Sequence record: MZ170040.1
Strand: one strand, 5' to 3'
DNA: 64,000 nt
Source: Escherichia phage vB_EcoM_FJ1
Within the stretch, counting starts at the first letter, position 1. Each line of letters begins with the position of its first letter. Below are positions 1 through 18,312 of this stretch, piece by piece. The notes under the pieces are model-generated. The model saw only the letters and a list, made by a program, of their open reading frames with translations, ran no database searches and was not told the DNA's origin. A program made the translations under genes and the position numbers.

Positions 1-1010
1 AAGAGCATGCATGGGAATATTTGTGGTCAGAGATATATAAAAGAAACATCTATTTAAATGCTGACAAACGTGATGCTGTTGCAAGATTTTTCGAATCACG
101 TAGCTATGATTTTTATTCTACTAAAGGAATTGAAGCATCATACAAATTTCTTTTTAAAGTTCTTTATAATGAAGAAGTTGAAATTGAAATTGAATCTGGG
201 GCTGGTACTGAATATGATATAATCGTTCAATCTGATTCTTTGACTGAAGACTTAGTAGGACAAACGATTTATACGGCAACAGGAAGATGTAATGTTACTT
301 ATATAGAAAGAAGCTATTCTAATGGTAAATTGCAATGGACCGTAACTATTCATAATCTTTTAGGACGATTAATTGCTGGTCAAGAAGTTAAAGCAGAAAG
401 ACTCCCTAGTTTTGAAGGCGAAATTATTCGTGGGGTTAAAGGAAAGGATTTGCTTCAAAATAATATAGACTATATTAATAGAAGTAGATCATACTATGTA
501 ATGAAAATTAAATCCAATTTACCTTCTTCCCGCTGGAAATCTGACGTTATTCGTTTTGTTCATCCAGTAGGATTTGGATTTATAGCAATTACCCTTTTAA
601 CGATGTTTATTAATGTTGGTTTAACTCTTAAACACACAGAGACTATAATTAATAAATACAAAAACTATAAATGGGATTCTGGATTGCCTACTGAATATGC
701 TGATAGAGTAGCTAAATTGACTCCAACTGGTGAAATTGAGCATGATTCGGTAACAGGCGAAGCAATTTATGAGCCTGGCCCAATGGCTGGTGTAGAATAT
801 CCTCTTCCTGATGACTATAATGCTGAAAATAACAATTCAATATTTCAAGGTCAATTGCCGTCTGAACGACGTAAATTAATGAGTCCTTTATTTGATGCAT
901 CTGGAACAACATTTGCGCAATTTAGAGATTTAGTTAATAAACGTCTAAAAGATAATATAGGAAATCCAAGAGACCCTGAAAATCCAACACAGGTTAAAAT
1001 AGATGAATGA
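1..1010 (+). CDS. 7: baseplate wedge protein gp7, C-terminal portion; frame is open to the window edge
   Basis: Reading frame continuous from base 3; track start at 21 is an internal TTG; ends TGA 1008-1010 overlapping the gp8 start; position upstream of gene 8 as in T4. Confidence 0.75.
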   Translation, partial: EHAWEYLWSEIYKRNIYLNADKRDAVARFFESRSYDFYSTKGIEASYKFLFKVLYNEEVEIEIESGAGTEYDIIVQSDSLTEDLVGQTIYTATGRCNVTYIERSYSNGKLQWTVTIHNLLGRLIAGQEVKAERLPSFEGEIIRGVKGKDLLQNNIDYINRSRSYYVMKIKSNLPSSRWKSDVIRFVHPVGFGFIAITLLTMFINVGLTLKHTETIINKYKNYKWDSGLPTEYADRVAKLTPTGEIEHDSVTGEAIYEPGPMAGVEYPLPDDYNAENNNSIFQGQLPSERRKLMSPLFDASGTTFAQFRDLVNKRLKDNIGNPRDPENPTQVKIDE

Positions 1011-2007
1011 TTCAAGTGTTATCTATCGTGCGATAGTTACTTCAAAATTTAGAACAGAAAAAATGTTGAATTTTTATAATTCAATTGGAAGTGGTCCGGA
1101 TAAAAACACTATCTTTATCACATTTGGAAGATCAGAACCATGGTCATCAAATGAAAATGAGGTGGGCTTTGCCCCACCTTATCCTACCGATTCTGTATTA
1201 GGCGTAACTGACATGTGGACTCATATGATGGGAACAGTAAAAGTTCTTCCATCAATGCTTGATGCTGTTATTCCTCGCAGAGATTGGGGAGATACTAGAT
1301 ATCCGGATCCATACACATTTAGAATTAACGATATTGTAGTGTGTAACTCAGCTCCTTACAATGCTACTGAATCAGGCGCAGGCTGGTTAGTATATCGTTG
1401 TTTAGATGTTCCTGACACAGGAATGTGTTCAATCGCATCTTTAACTGATAAGGATGAATGCCTTAAGTTAGGTGGAAAATGGACTCCTTCTGCTAGGTCA
1501 ATGACTCCTCCTGAAGGTCGAGGAGATGCTGAAGGAACAATTGAACCTGGAGACGGGTATGTGTGGGAATATCTATTTGAGATTCCGCCTGATGTATCTA
1601 TAAATAGATGCACGAATGAATATATCGTGGTTCCTTGGCCTGAGGAATTAAAAGAAGACCCGACTAGATGGGGATATGAAGATAATCTCACTTGGCAACA
1701 AGATGATTTTGGATTAATTTACCGTGTTAAGGCAAATACTATCCGTTTTAAAGCATATTTAGATTCAGTTTATTTTCCTGAAGCTGCATTGCCAGGAAAT
1801 AAAGGATTTAGACAAATATCAATAATCACGAATCCTCTTGAAGCTAAAGCTCATCCAAATGACCCAAACGTTAAAGCTGAAAAGGATTATTATGATCCGG
1901 AAGATTTAATGAGGCATTCGGGCGAAATGATTTATATGGAAAATAGGCCACCTATTATTATGGCAATGGATCAGACAGAAGAAATCAATATTCTGTTTAC
2001 ATTTTAA
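1003..2007 (+). CDS. 8: baseplate wedge protein gp8
   Basis: 334 aa ATG-initiated ORF, same length and position as T4 gp8. Confidence 0.9.
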   Translation: MNDSSVIYRAIVTSKFRTEKMLNFYNSIGSGPDKNTIFITFGRSEPWSSNENEVGFAPPYPTDSVLGVTDMWTHMMGTVKVLPSMLDAVIPRRDWGDTRYPDPYTFRINDIVVCNSAPYNATESGAGWLVYRCLDVPDTGMCSIASLTDKDECLKLGGKWTPSARSMTPPEGRGDAEGTIEPGDGYVWEYLFEIPPDVSINRCTNEYIVVPWPEELKEDPTRWGYEDNLTWQQDDFGLIYRVKANTIRFKAYLDSVYFPEAALPGNKGFRQISIITNPLEAKAHPNDPNVKAEKDYYDPEDLMRHSGEMIYMENRPPIIMAMDQTEEINILFTF

Positions 2008-2012
2008 CTTAA

Positions 2013-2039
2013 GGGAGCCCATGGGCTCCCTTTTTCTTT
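2013..2039 (+). terminator. intrinsic terminator-like hairpin after gene 8
   Basis: Perfect 18-nt palindrome GGGAGCCCATGGGCTCCC at 2013-2030 followed by TTTTTCTTT. Confidence 0.6.
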
Positions 2040-2046
2040 ATAAATA
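2039..2046 (+). promoter_or_regulatory. T4-type late promoter (TATAAATA) for gene 9
   Basis: Exact TATAAATA about 25 nt upstream of the gene 9 ATG. Confidence 0.65.
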
Positions 2047-2070
2047 CTATAAACTCATAAGGAAACCGCT

Positions 2071-2937
2071 ATGTTCATTCAAGAACCAAAGAAATTGATT
2101 GATACCGGCGAAATTGGTAACGCTTCTACTGGTGATATCTTATTCGACGGTGGTAATAAAATTAATAGTGATTTTAACGCAATTTATAATGCGTTTGGCG
2201 ATCAACGTAAAATGGCAGTAGCAAATGGAACTGGAGCAGATGGCCAAATTATCCATGCTACTGGATATTATCAAAAACACTCTATTGCAGAGTACGCAAC
2301 TCCAGTAAAAGTTGGCACTAGGCATGATATTGATACCTCTACTGTAGGTGTTAAAGTTATCATTGAAAGAGGCGAACTTGGCGACTGCGTTGAATTTATT
2401 AACTCAAATGGATCTATATCAGTTACTAATCCTTTAACGATTCAAGCGATTGATTCAATTAAAGGTGTTTCTGGTAATTTAGTAGTGACTAGCCCATACA
2501 GTAAAGTTACTTTACGCTGTATTTCATCTGATAATTCTACGTCGGTTTGGAATTATTCTATTGAAAGTATGTTTGGACAAAAGGAATCACCAGCTGAAGG
2601 TACATGGAATATTTCTACATCTGGATCAGTTGATATTCCACTATTTCATCGCACTGAATACAATATGGCTAAATTACTAGTTACATGCCAATCGGTAGAT
2701 GGAAGAAAAATTAAAACAGCAGAAATAAATATTCTTGTGGATACTGTTAATTCAGTGGTCATTTCTTCTGAATATGCTGTCATGCGAGTTGGGAATGAAA
2801 CCGAAGAAGACGAAATCGCTAATATTGCATTTAGTATTAAAGAAAATTACGTAACGGCGACTATAAGTTCTTCAACTGTCGGTATGAGAGCAGCAGTTAA
2901 AGTTATCGCTACGCAGAAAATCGGGGTGGCTCAATAA
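2071..2937 (+). CDS. 9: baseplate wedge / long tail fibre socket protein gp9
   Basis: 288 aa, length and synteny match T4 gp9. Confidence 0.9.
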   Translation: MFIQEPKKLIDTGEIGNASTGDILFDGGNKINSDFNAIYNAFGDQRKMAVANGTGADGQIIHATGYYQKHSIAEYATPVKVGTRHDIDTSTVGVKVIIERGELGDCVEFINSNGSISVTNPLTIQAIDSIKGVSGNLVVTSPYSKVTLRCISSDNSTSVWNYSIESMFGQKESPAEGTWNISTSGSVDIPLFHRTEYNMAKLLVTCQSVDGRKIKTAEINILVDTVNSVVISSEYAVMRVGNETEEDEIANIAFSIKENYVTATISSSTVGMRAAVKVIATQKIGVAQ

Positions 2938-4745
2938 TGAAACAAAATATTAATATCGGTAATGTTGTAGATGATGGTACCGGTGACTACCTGCGTAAAG
3001 GTGGTATAAAAATAAATGAAAACTTTGATGAGCTTTATTATGAACTCGGTGATGGTGATGTTCCATATTCAGCTGGTGCCTGGAAAACTTATAATGCTTC
3101 ATCAGGACAAACATTAACAGCAGAATGGGGAAAATCATACGCTATTAATACATCTTCTGGAAGAGTGACTATAAATCTTCCAAAGGGTACAGTTAATGAT
3201 TACAACAAGGTAATTAGAGCCAGAGACGTATTTGCTACATGGAACGTCAACCCAGTTACACTAGTAGCTGCTTCCGGTGATACGATTAAAGGGTCTGCAG
3301 TACCAGTTGAAATTAATGTTCAATTCAGCGATTTAGAACTAGTGTATTGTGCCCCAGGACGTTGGGAATATGTCAAAAATAAACAAATTGACAAAATTAC
3401 CAGTTCAGACATTAGTAATGTAGCTCGTAAAGAATTTTTAGTCGAAGTCCAAGGACAAACAGACTTTTTAGATGTTTTCCGTGGAACCAGTTATAATGTA
3501 AATAACATCAGAGTAAAACATCGTGGTAACGAATTGTATTACGGCGATGTGTTTAGCGAAAACAGTGATTTTGGCTCTCCGGGCGAAAATGAAGGAGAAC
3601 TAGTTCCTCTTGATGGATTTAATATTCGATTAAGACAGCCTTGTAATATTGGTGACACTGTTCAAATTGAAACATTTATGGATGGTGTATCGCAGTGGAG
3701 AAGTTCATATACAAGACGTCAAATTAGATTGTTAGATTCAAAATTAACGTCAAAAACTTCTTTAGAAGGAAGCATTTACGTTACTGATTTATCAACAATG
3801 AAATCAATTCCATTTTCTGCTTTTGGATTAATTCCAGGAGAACCTATTAATCCTAACTCTCTTGAGGTTCGTTTTAATGGAATTTTGCAGGAATTAGCTG
3901 GCACAGTTGGAATGCCATTATTTCATTGTGTTGGTGCCGATTCAGACGATGAAGTAGAATGCTCTGTTTTAGGTGGAACTTGGGAACAATCTCATACCGA
4001 TTATTCAGTTGAAACTGATGAAAATGGCATACCTGAAATTTTACATTTCGATAGAGTATTTGAGCATGGTGACATTATCAATATCACCTGGTTTAATAAT
4101 GATTTGGGTACATTATTAACAAAAGACGAGATTATTGATGAAACTGATAATCTTTATGTATCGCAAGGACCAGGGGTAGATATTTCCGGTGATGTAAATT
4201 TAACAGACTTCGATAAAATTGGTTGGCCAAATGTAGAAGCGGTTCAATCTTATCAACGCGAATTTAATGCTGTTTCAAATATCTTTGATACGATTTATCC
4301 TATTGGAACTATATATGAAAACGCTGTTAATCCAAATAACCCTGTTACATATATGGGATTCGGCTCATGGAAATTATTTGGGCAAGGAAAAGTTTTAGTT
4401 GGATGGAATGAAGATATTTCGGACCCTAACTTTGCTCTAAATAACAACGATTTAGATTCAGGTGGAAATCCTTCGCATACGGCAGGTGGAACAGGTGGTT
4501 CTACTTCTGTTACATTGGAAAATGCTAATCTTCCTGCAACTGAAACAGATGAAGAAGTTCTAATAGTTGATGAAAATGGATCAGTCATTGTTGGTGGGTG
4601 TCAATACGATCCAGATGAATCCGGTCCAATTTACACTAAATACCGTGAAGCTAAAGCATCTACTAACTCTACTCACACTCCGCCAACATCAATAACTAAC
4701 ATTCAACCATATATTACAGTTTATCGTTGGATAAGGATTGCATAA
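2937..4745 (+). CDS. 10: baseplate wedge protein gp10
   Basis: 602 aa, length and synteny match T4 gp10; ATG overlaps gp9 stop. Confidence 0.9.
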   Translation: MKQNINIGNVVDDGTGDYLRKGGIKINENFDELYYELGDGDVPYSAGAWKTYNASSGQTLTAEWGKSYAINTSSGRVTINLPKGTVNDYNKVIRARDVFATWNVNPVTLVAASGDTIKGSAVPVEINVQFSDLELVYCAPGRWEYVKNKQIDKITSSDISNVARKEFLVEVQGQTDFLDVFRGTSYNVNNIRVKHRGNELYYGDVFSENSDFGSPGENEGELVPLDGFNIRLRQPCNIGDTVQIETFMDGVSQWRSSYTRRQIRLLDSKLTSKTSLEGSIYVTDLSTMKSIPFSAFGLIPGEPINPNSLEVRFNGILQELAGTVGMPLFHCVGADSDDEVECSVLGGTWEQSHTDYSVETDENGIPEILHFDRVFEHGDIINITWFNNDLGTLLTKDEIIDETDNLYVSQGPGVDISGDVNLTDFDKIGWPNVEAVQSYQREFNAVSNIFDTIYPIGTIYENAVNPNNPVTYMGFGSWKLFGQGKVLVGWNEDISDPNFALNNNDLDSGGNPSHTAGGTGGSTSVTLENANLPATETDEEVLIVDENGSVIVGGCQYDPDESGPIYTKYREAKASTNSTHTPPTSITNIQPYITVYRWIRIA

Positions 4746-5404
4746 TGAGTTTACTTAATAATAAAGCGGGAGTTATTTCCCGCTTAGCCGATTTTCTTGG
4801 TTTTAGACCTAAAGCTGGTAATATAGATGTAATGAATCGTCAATCAGTTGGGTCAGTGACAATTTCTCAATTAGCGAAAGGTTTTTATGAACCAAACGTA
4901 GAATCAGCTATTAATGATGTTCATAATTTTTCTATAAAAGACATTGGTACAATTATTACTAATAAAACTGGTGTTTCTCCTGAGGGTGTTTCTCAAACTG
5001 ATTATTGGGCATTTTCTGGAACTGTAACAGACGATTCTCTTCCTCCGGGTTCTCCTGTTACAGTATTAGTATTTGGTCTTCCAGTTTCAGCAACAACTGG
5101 AATGACGGCAATTGAGTTTGTTGCAAAAGTTCGTGTTGCCCTTCAAGAAGCTATTGCGTCATTTACTGCTATCAACTCATATAAAGACCATCCAACAGAT
5201 GGTAGTAAATTAGAAGTTACTTATTTAGATAATCAAAAACATGTATTAAGCACATATTCTACATATGGAATAACTATTTCACAGGAAATTATTTCTGAGT
5301 CTAAACCTGGCTACGGTACATGGAATTTATTAGGCGCACAAACTGTAACTTTAGATAATCAGCAGACTCCTACAGTACTTTATCATTTTGAGAGAACAGC
5401 ATGA
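4745..5404 (+). CDS. 11: baseplate wedge protein gp11 (short tail fibre attachment)
   Basis: Track start 4727 is TTG; in-frame ATG at 4745 overlaps gp10 stop (TAATG) and gives 219 aa as in T4 gp11. Confidence 0.9.
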   Translation: MSLLNNKAGVISRLADFLGFRPKAGNIDVMNRQSVGSVTISQLAKGFYEPNVESAINDVHNFSIKDIGTIITNKTGVSPEGVSQTDYWAFSGTVTDDSLPPGSPVTVLVFGLPVSATTGMTAIEFVAKVRVALQEAIASFTAINSYKDHPTDGSKLEVTYLDNQKHVLSTYSTYGITISQEIISESKPGYGTWNLLGAQTVTLDNQQTPTVLYHFERTA

Positions 5405-6984
5405 GTAATAATACATATCAACACGTTTCTAATGAATCTCGTTATGTAAAATTTGATCCAACTGGTACAAATTTTCCGGAAGAGATTACTGATGTTCAGG
5501 CTGCTATAGCAGCCATTTCTCCTGCTGGCGTAAATGGAGTTCCTGATGCATCGTCAACAACAAAGGGAATTTTATTTCTTGCCACTGAACAGGAAGTTAT
5601 AGATGGAACTAATAATACCAAAGCAGTTACACCGGCAACGTTGGCAACAAGATTATCATATCCAAATGCTACCGAAGAAGTTTATGGACTTACACGTTAT
5701 TCAACAGACGATGAAGCTGTAGCTGGTGTTAATAATGAATCATCTATAACTCCGGCTAAATTTACTACAGCAATTAATCACATTTTTGATACACGAATTT
5801 CTTCTGAAAGTTCACTTGGTGTTATTAAGTTATCATCTCTACCGCAAGCATTAGCTGGTGCAGATGATACTACTGCAATGACTCCATTAAAAACACAGCA
5901 GTTAGCTATTAAATTAATTGCGCAAATTGCTCCTTCTGAAACTGCAGCTACCGAATCGGCCCAAGGCGTTGTTCAATTAGCAACAGTAGCGCAAGTTCGT
6001 CAAGGAACTTTAAGAGAAGGCTATGCAATTTCTCCTTATACGTTTATGAATTCATCCGCTACTGAAGAATATAAAGGCGTAATTAAATTAGGAACACAAT
6101 CAGAAGTTAACTCGAATAATGCTTCTGTTGCGGTTACTGGCGCAACTCTTAATGGTCGTGGTTCTACAACGTCAATGAGAGGAGTTGTTAGATTAACAAC
6201 AACGGCCGGTTCACAAAGCGGAGGCGATGCTTCATCAGCACTAGCTTGGAATGCTGACGTTATCCACCAAAGAGGCGGTCAAACTATCAATGGAACACTT
6301 CGCATTAATAACACGCTCACGATAGCTTCAGGCGGAGCAAATATTACCGGTACAGTTAACATGACCGGTGGTTATATTCAAGGTAAGCGTGTCGTAACAC
6401 AAAATGAAATTGATAGAACTATTCCTGTCGGAGCTATTATGATGTGGGCTGCTGATAGTCTTCCTAGTGATGCTTGGCGTTTTTGCCACGGTGGAACTGT
6501 TTCAGCGTCAGATTGTCCATTATATGCTTCTAGAATTGGAACAAGATACGGTGGAAGCTCATCAAATCCTGGATTGCCTGACATGCGTGGTCTTTTTGTT
6601 CGTGGCTCTGGTCGTGGCTCTCACTTAACGAATCCAAATGTTAATGGTAATGACCAATTTGGTAAGCCTAGATTAGGTGTAGGTTGTACCGGTGGATATG
6701 TCGGTGAAGTACAAAAACAGCAGATGTCTTATCATAAACATGCTGGCGGATTTGGTGAATGGGATGATTCTGGGGCATTCGGTAATACCCGTAGATCAAA
6801 TTTTGTTGGTACACGTAAAGGACTTGACTGGGATAACCGTTCATACTTCACCAATGATGGATATGAAATTGACCCAGCATCACAACGAAATTCCAGATAT
6901 ACATTAAATCGTCCTGAATTAATTGGAAATGAAACACGTCCATGGAACATTTCTTTAAACTACATAATTAAGGTAAAAGAATGA
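5401..6984 (+). CDS. 12: short tail fibre protein gp12
   Basis: 527 aa, length and synteny match T4 gp12. Confidence 0.9.
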   Translation: MSNNTYQHVSNESRYVKFDPTGTNFPEEITDVQAAIAAISPAGVNGVPDASSTTKGILFLATEQEVIDGTNNTKAVTPATLATRLSYPNATEEVYGLTRYSTDDEAVAGVNNESSITPAKFTTAINHIFDTRISSESSLGVIKLSSLPQALAGADDTTAMTPLKTQQLAIKLIAQIAPSETAATESAQGVVQLATVAQVRQGTLREGYAISPYTFMNSSATEEYKGVIKLGTQSEVNSNNASVAVTGATLNGRGSTTSMRGVVRLTTTAGSQSGGDASSALAWNADVIHQRGGQTINGTLRINNTLTIASGGANITGTVNMTGGYIQGKRVVTQNEIDRTIPVGAIMMWAADSLPSDAWRFCHGGTVSASDCPLYASRIGTRYGGSSSNPGLPDMRGLFVRGSGRGSHLTNPNVNGNDQFGKPRLGVGCTGGYVGEVQKQQMSYHKHAGGFGEWDDSGAFGNTRRSNFVGTRKGLDWDNRSYFTNDGYEIDPASQRNSRYTLNRPELIGNETRPWNISLNYIIKVKE

Positions 6985-8444
6985 CAGATATTGTACTGAA
7001 TGACTTACCATTCGTTGACGGCCCTCCTGCAGAGGGCCAGAGCCGCATTTCCTGGATTAAAAACGGCGAAGAAATATTAGGAGCTGACACACAATATGGA
7101 AGTGAAGGTTCAATGAATAGACCTACAGTTTCTGTACTAAGAAATGTTGAAGTTCTTGATAAAAACATTGGAATACTTAAAACATCTTTAGAAACCGCAA
7201 ATAGTGATATTAAAACCATCCAGGGCATCTTAGATGTATCTGGTGATATAGAAGCTTTAGCACAAATAAGTATCAATAAAAAGGATATTTCTGACCTCAA
7301 AACGCTAACCAGTGAACATACAGAAATATTAAATGGAACTAATAGTACAGTTGACAACATTCTTGCTGATATTGGTCCATTTAACTCCGAGGCCAACTCT
7401 GTATACAGAACGATCAGAAATGATTTACTGTGGATAAAGCGTGAACTTGGACAATACACAGGTCAAGATATTAATGGTCTTCCTGTTGTAGGAAATCCTA
7501 GCACAGGAATGAAGCATCGCATCATTAATAATACTGATGTCATCACTTCACAGGGAATACGTTTAAGCGAATTAGAAACAAAATTCATTGAATCTGATGT
7601 AGGTTCTTTAACTATTGAAGTTGGTAATCTTCGCGAAGAGCTTGGACCGAAACCACCGTCATTTTCACAAAACATCTACAGTCGTTTAAATGAAATTGAC
7701 ACTAAACAGACAACATTCGAATCTGACATTAGTGCTATTAAGACCTCAATAGGATATCCAGGAAATAATTCGATTATCACGAGTGTTAATACAAACACTG
7801 ATAATATTGCATCTATTAATTTAGAGCTAAATCAAAGTGGAGGTATTAAACAGCGTTTAACAGTTATTGAAACTTCTATTGGCTCAGATGATATTCCTTC
7901 GAGTATTAAAGGTCAAATCAAAGATAATACAACTTCAATCGAATCTCTGAATGGAATCGTCGGTGAAAACACTTCATCTGGTTTAAGAGCGAATGTTTCA
8001 TGGTTAAACCAAATTGTTGGAACTGATTCTAGCGGTGGACAACCTTCTCCTCCTGGGTCTCTTTTAAACCGAGTTTCTACAATTGAAACTTCTGTTTCAG
8101 GCTTGAATAATGATGTTCAAAACCTACAAGTAGAGATTGGTAATAACAGCACAGGAATTAAAGGGCAAGTTGTAGCGTTAAATACTTTAGTAAATGGAAC
8201 TAATCCAAACGGTTCAACAGTCGAAGAACGTGGATTAACCAATTCAATAAAAGCTAACGAAACTAACATTGCATCAGTTACACAAGAAGTGAATACAGCT
8301 AAAGGCAATATATCTTCTTTACAAGGCGATGTTCAAGCTCTCCAAGAAGCCGGTTATATTCCTGAAGCGCCAAGAGATGGGCAAGCTTACGTTCGTAAAG
8401 ACGGCGAATGGGTATTGCTTTCTACCTTTTTATCACCAGCATAA
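6981..8444 (+). CDS. wac: fibritin (whisker antigen control)
   Basis: 487 aa, length and position between genes 12 and 13 match T4 fibritin. Confidence 0.9.
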   Translation: MTDIVLNDLPFVDGPPAEGQSRISWIKNGEEILGADTQYGSEGSMNRPTVSVLRNVEVLDKNIGILKTSLETANSDIKTIQGILDVSGDIEALAQISINKKDISDLKTLTSEHTEILNGTNSTVDNILADIGPFNSEANSVYRTIRNDLLWIKRELGQYTGQDINGLPVVGNPSTGMKHRIINNTDVITSQGIRLSELETKFIESDVGSLTIEVGNLREELGPKPPSFSQNIYSRLNEIDTKQTTFESDISAIKTSIGYPGNNSIITSVNTNTDNIASINLELNQSGGIKQRLTVIETSIGSDDIPSSIKGQIKDNTTSIESLNGIVGENTSSGLRANVSWLNQIVGTDSSGGQPSPPGSLLNRVSTIETSVSGLNNDVQNLQVEIGNNSTGIKGQVVALNTLVNGTNPNGSTVEERGLTNSIKANETNIASVTQEVNTAKGNISSLQGDVQALQEAGYIPEAPRDGQAYVRKDGEWVLLSTFLSPA

Positions 8445-8447
8445 CAT

Positions 8448-8463
8448 GGGGCCGCAAGGCCCC
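8448..8463 (+). promoter_or_regulatory. intercistronic RNA hairpin with GCAA tetraloop (no T-run)
   Basis: GGGGCC-GCAA-GGCCCC between wac stop and gene 13 start. Confidence 0.45.
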
Positions 8464-8475
8464 AAAGGATTTTAA

Positions 8476-10177
<1,702 letters not shown>

Positions 10178-10218
10178 TAAATATTATAAACTAATTAAAG
10201 CCCAGATTAGGAGAAATC

Positions 10219-13359
<3,141 letters not shown>

Positions 13360-13387
13360 TATTAAAGCATATTAAAGAGGATTAAAA

Positions 13388-15367
13388 ATGACTTTATTAT
13401 CTCCGGGCATTGAGCTCAAAGAAACTACGGTTCAAAGCACCGTGGTTAATAACTCTACTGGTACAGCAGCTTTGGCCGGTAAATTCCAGTGGGGTCCTGC
13501 TTTTCAAATTAAACAGGTTACAAATGAAGTAGATTTAGTTAATACTTTTGGTCAACCAACCGCTGAAACTGCTGACTATTTTATGTCTGCGATGAATTTC
13601 TTGCAGTATGGAAATGACTTACGAGTTGTTCGTGCTGTTGATAGAGATACCGCTAAAAACTCATCGCCAATTGCTGGTAATATTGAATACACAATTTCTA
13701 CCCCAGGTAGTAACTATGCAGTTGGAGATAAAATCACGGTCAAATATGTTTCAGATGATATTGAAACTGAAGGTAAAATTACCGAAGTAGACGCAGATGG
13801 AAAAATTAAGAAAATTAATATTCCTACTGCAAAAATTATCGCTAAAGCGAAAGAAGTCGGTGAATATCCAGCACTAGGTTCTAACTGGACTGCAGAAATT
13901 TCTTCGTCTTCCTCCGGTTTAGCTGCAGTAATAACTCTTGGAAAAATTATTACTGATTCTGGTATTTTATTAGCTGAAATTGAAAATGCTGAAGCTGCTA
14001 TGACAGCGGTTGACTTTCAAACAAATCTTAAAAAATACGGAATTCCAGGAGTAGTAGCTCTTTATCCAGGCGAATTAGGCGATAAAATTGAAATTGAAAT
14101 CGTATCTAAAGCTGACTACGCAAAAGGGGCTTCTGCATTACTCCCAATTTATCCAGGTGGTGGTACTCGTGCATCTACTGCTAAAGCAGTGTTTGGATAT
14201 GGACCACAAACTGATTCACAGTACGCTATTATAGTTCGTCGCAATGATGCTATTGTTCAAAGTGTTGTTCTTTCAACTAAGCGTGGTGAAAAAGATATTT
14301 ACGATAGTAACATTTATATCGATGACTTTTTCGCAAAAGGTGGTTCAGAATATATTTTCGCAACTGCACAAAACTGGCCAGAAGGCTTCTCTGGAATTTT
14401 AACTCTGTCTGGTGGTTTATCATCAAATGCTGAAGTAACAGCAGGAGATTTGATGGAAGCTTGGGACTTCTTTGCTGACCGCGAATCTGTTGATGTTCAG
14501 TTGTTTATTGCGGGTTCTTGTGCCGGTGAATCTTTAGAAACAGCATCTACTGTCCAAAAACACGTCGTTTCAATTGGGGATGCTCGCCAGGATTGCTTAG
14601 TACTGTGCTCACCACCGCGTGAAACTGTAGTTGGAATTCCTGTAACTCGTGCAGTAGATAATTTAGTTAACTGGAGAACTGCGGCAGGTTCATACACTGA
14701 TAATAACTTTAATATCAGTTCAACCTACGCAGCAATTGATGGTAACTATAAGTATCAGTATGACAAATATAATGATGTGAATCGTTGGGTTCCATTAGCA
14801 GCTGATATTGCTGGTTTATGCGCAAGAACTGATAACGTATCTCAGACTTGGATGTCTCCAGCTGGTTATAAGCGTGGCCAGATTCTTAACGTTATTAAAC
14901 TGGCTATTGAAACTCGCCAGGCTCAGCGCGACCGTTTATACCAAGAAGCTATCAACCCGGTAACTGGTACAGGTGGTGATGGTTACGTATTGTATGGTGA
15001 TAAAACAGCTACTTCTGTTCCTTCTCCATTTGATCGTATTAACGTTCGTCGTCTGTTTAATATGTTGAAAACGAACATCGGACGTAGTTCAAAATATCGT
15101 TTGTTCGAATTAAACAACGCGTTTACTCGTTCATCATTCCGCACAGAAACTGCCCAGTACTTACAGGGAATTAAAGCTCTCGGTGGAATTTATGAATATC
15201 GTGTAGTTTGCGATACAACAAATAACACTCCGTCAGTAATTGATAGAAATGAGTTTGTTGCAACATTCTACATCCAACCGGCTAGAAGCATTAACTACAT
15301 TACCTTAAACTTCGTAGCAACTGCTACTGGTGCAGATTTCGATGAGTTAACTGGTCTTGCAGGTTAA
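13388..15367 (+). CDS. 18: tail sheath protein gp18
   Basis: 659 aa, matches T4 gp18. Confidence 0.95.
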   Translation: MTLLSPGIELKETTVQSTVVNNSTGTAALAGKFQWGPAFQIKQVTNEVDLVNTFGQPTAETADYFMSAMNFLQYGNDLRVVRAVDRDTAKNSSPIAGNIEYTISTPGSNYAVGDKITVKYVSDDIETEGKITEVDADGKIKKINIPTAKIIAKAKEVGEYPALGSNWTAEISSSSSGLAAVITLGKIITDSGILLAEIENAEAAMTAVDFQTNLKKYGIPGVVALYPGELGDKIEIEIVSKADYAKGASALLPIYPGGGTRASTAKAVFGYGPQTDSQYAIIVRRNDAIVQSVVLSTKRGEKDIYDSNIYIDDFFAKGGSEYIFATAQNWPEGFSGILTLSGGLSSNAEVTAGDLMEAWDFFADRESVDVQLFIAGSCAGESLETASTVQKHVVSIGDARQDCLVLCSPPRETVVGIPVTRAVDNLVNWRTAAGSYTDNNFNISSTYAAIDGNYKYQYDKYNDVNRWVPLAADIAGLCARTDNVSQTWMSPAGYKRGQILNVIKLAIETRQAQRDRLYQEAINPVTGTGGDGYVLYGDKTATSVPSPFDRINVRRLFNMLKTNIGRSSKYRLFELNNAFTRSSFRTETAQYLQGIKALGGIYEYRVVCDTTNNTPSVIDRNEFVATFYIQPARSINYITLNFVATATGADFDELTGLAG

Positions 15368-15383
15368 TACGGTGCATTCTAAA

Positions 15384-15401
15384 GGCCTGTTTCGGCAGGC
15401 C
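15384..15401 (+). terminator. hairpin downstream of gene 18 (partial terminator or RNA stability element)
   Basis: GGCCTG-TTTCGG-CAGGCC stem-loop immediately after gene 18 stop. Confidence 0.45.
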
Positions 15402-15402
15402 A

Positions 15403-15410
15403 TATAAATA
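15403..15410 (+). promoter_or_regulatory. late promoter TATAAATA (distal, gene 19)
   Basis: Exact TATAAATA. Confidence 0.55.
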
Positions 15411-15461
15411 CACTATATCCTTAATTCTTTAATTCTATATGCCCTAGGTTAAACATAGGGA

Positions 15462-15469
15462 TATAAATA
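15462..15469 (+). promoter_or_regulatory. late promoter TATAAATA (proximal, gene 19)
   Basis: Exact TATAAATA 15 nt upstream of gene 19 ATG; small hairpin CCCTAGG...CCTAGGG lies between the two promoter copies. Confidence 0.6.
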
Positions 15470-15483
15470 CTACAGAGGCTAAT

Positions 15484-15975
15484 ATGTTTGTAGATGATGT
15501 AACACGAGCGTTTGAATCTGGTGATTTTGCTCGACCTAACTTATTCCAAGTAGAAATTTCTTATCTTGGACAAAATTTTACGTTCCAATGTAAAGCTACT
15601 GCTTTACCAGCTGGTATTGTAGAAAAAATTCCAGTCGGATTTATGAACCGTAAAATTAACGTAGCAGGCGATCGTACATTCGATGACTGGACTGTTACAG
15701 TAATGAACGATGAAGCTCATGATGCTCGCCAGAAGTTCGTTGATTGGCAAAGCATTGCTGCGGGACAAGGAAACGAAATTACTGGTGGAAAACCTGCAGA
15801 GTATAAAAAGAGCGCTATCGTTCGTCAATATGCTCGTGACGCTAAAACAGTAACAAAAGAAATTGAAATTAAAGGTCTGTGGCCTACTAACGTGGGTGAA
15901 CTTCAATTAGATTGGGATTCAAACAATGAAATCCAAACCTTTGAAGTAACTCTTGCTCTCGATTATTGGGAATAA
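15484..15975 (+). CDS. 19: tail tube protein gp19
   Basis: 163 aa, matches T4 gp19. Confidence 0.95.
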   Translation: MFVDDVTRAFESGDFARPNLFQVEISYLGQNFTFQCKATALPAGIVEKIPVGFMNRKINVAGDRTFDDWTVTVMNDEAHDARQKFVDWQSIAAGQGNEITGGKPAEYKKSAIVRQYARDAKTVTKEIEIKGLWPTNVGELQLDWDSNNEIQTFEVTLALDYWE

Positions 15976-15980
15976 AATGA

Positions 15981-15998
15981 ATGGGGAGAAATCCCCAT
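15981..15998 (+). promoter_or_regulatory. RNA hairpin with GAAA tetraloop after gene 19
   Basis: ATGGGGA-GAAA-TCCCCAT. Confidence 0.45.
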
Positions 15999-16007
15999 CC
16001 TGCTTAA

Positions 16008-17632
<1,625 letters not shown>

Positions 17633-17633
<1 letters not shown>

Positions 17634-17887
17634 TGGAAGGTTTAATTGAAGCTATTAAATCAAACGACCTCGTAGCCGCTCGTAAATTATTTGCTGAAGC
17701 CATGGCTGCAAGAACGATTGATTTAATTAAAGAAGAAAAAATTGCTATCGCTCGTAATTTCTTAATTGAAGGTGAAGAACCTGAAGACGAGGATGAAGAT
17801 GAAGATGATGACGAAGATAGCGATGATAAAGACGACAAAAAAGACAAAGACTCTGATGAAGATGACGAAGACGAGGATGATGAATAA
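17633..17887 (+). CDS. 67: prohead core protein gp67 with poly-acidic C-terminal tail
   Basis: 84 aa; C-terminal about 35 residues almost entirely Asp/Glu; position after gene 20. Confidence 0.85.
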
Positions 17888-18312
17888 TGCTTCTGATCCC
17901 TGAAACTCATGAATTAGTTCTCGAGAATGTCGAAGCACTTATTCCTGAAGCACAGGGTCGCTTCGACGAATTGTCTTCTGCTTTAAATAAAGACGATATA
18001 AATACAATTGTCGAGAATATGCTTGATGATGAAACTGATTTAGCGGTTGCATTAGCTTCTATTAATGAAAATATGCCGTTAAATGAATTCATCGTTAAAC
18101 ATGTTTCTGCCCGTGGTGAAATTACTCGCACTAAAGATCGCAAAACCCGCGAACGTAATGCATTTCAAACTACCGGGTTGTCTAAAGCAAAACGTAGACA
18201 AATTGCTCGTAAAGCTACCAAAACGAAGATTGCCAATCCAGCAGGTCAATCTCGTGCTCAGCGTAAGCGTAAAAAAGCTCTTAAACGCCGTAAAGCATTA
18301 GGATTAAGCTAA
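17887..18312 (+). CDS. 68: prohead core protein gp68
   Basis: 141 aa, matches T4 gp68 length and position. Confidence 0.85.

Noticed and set aside
6968-7459. 163-aa minus-strand ORF inside wac
   Set aside because: Antisense to the conserved fibritin gene in the late structural operon; no promoter or SD; typical spurious antisense frame. The same applies to other antisense track ORFs inside genes 7-24, 27-54, alt, 30, nrdA, nrdB and 32
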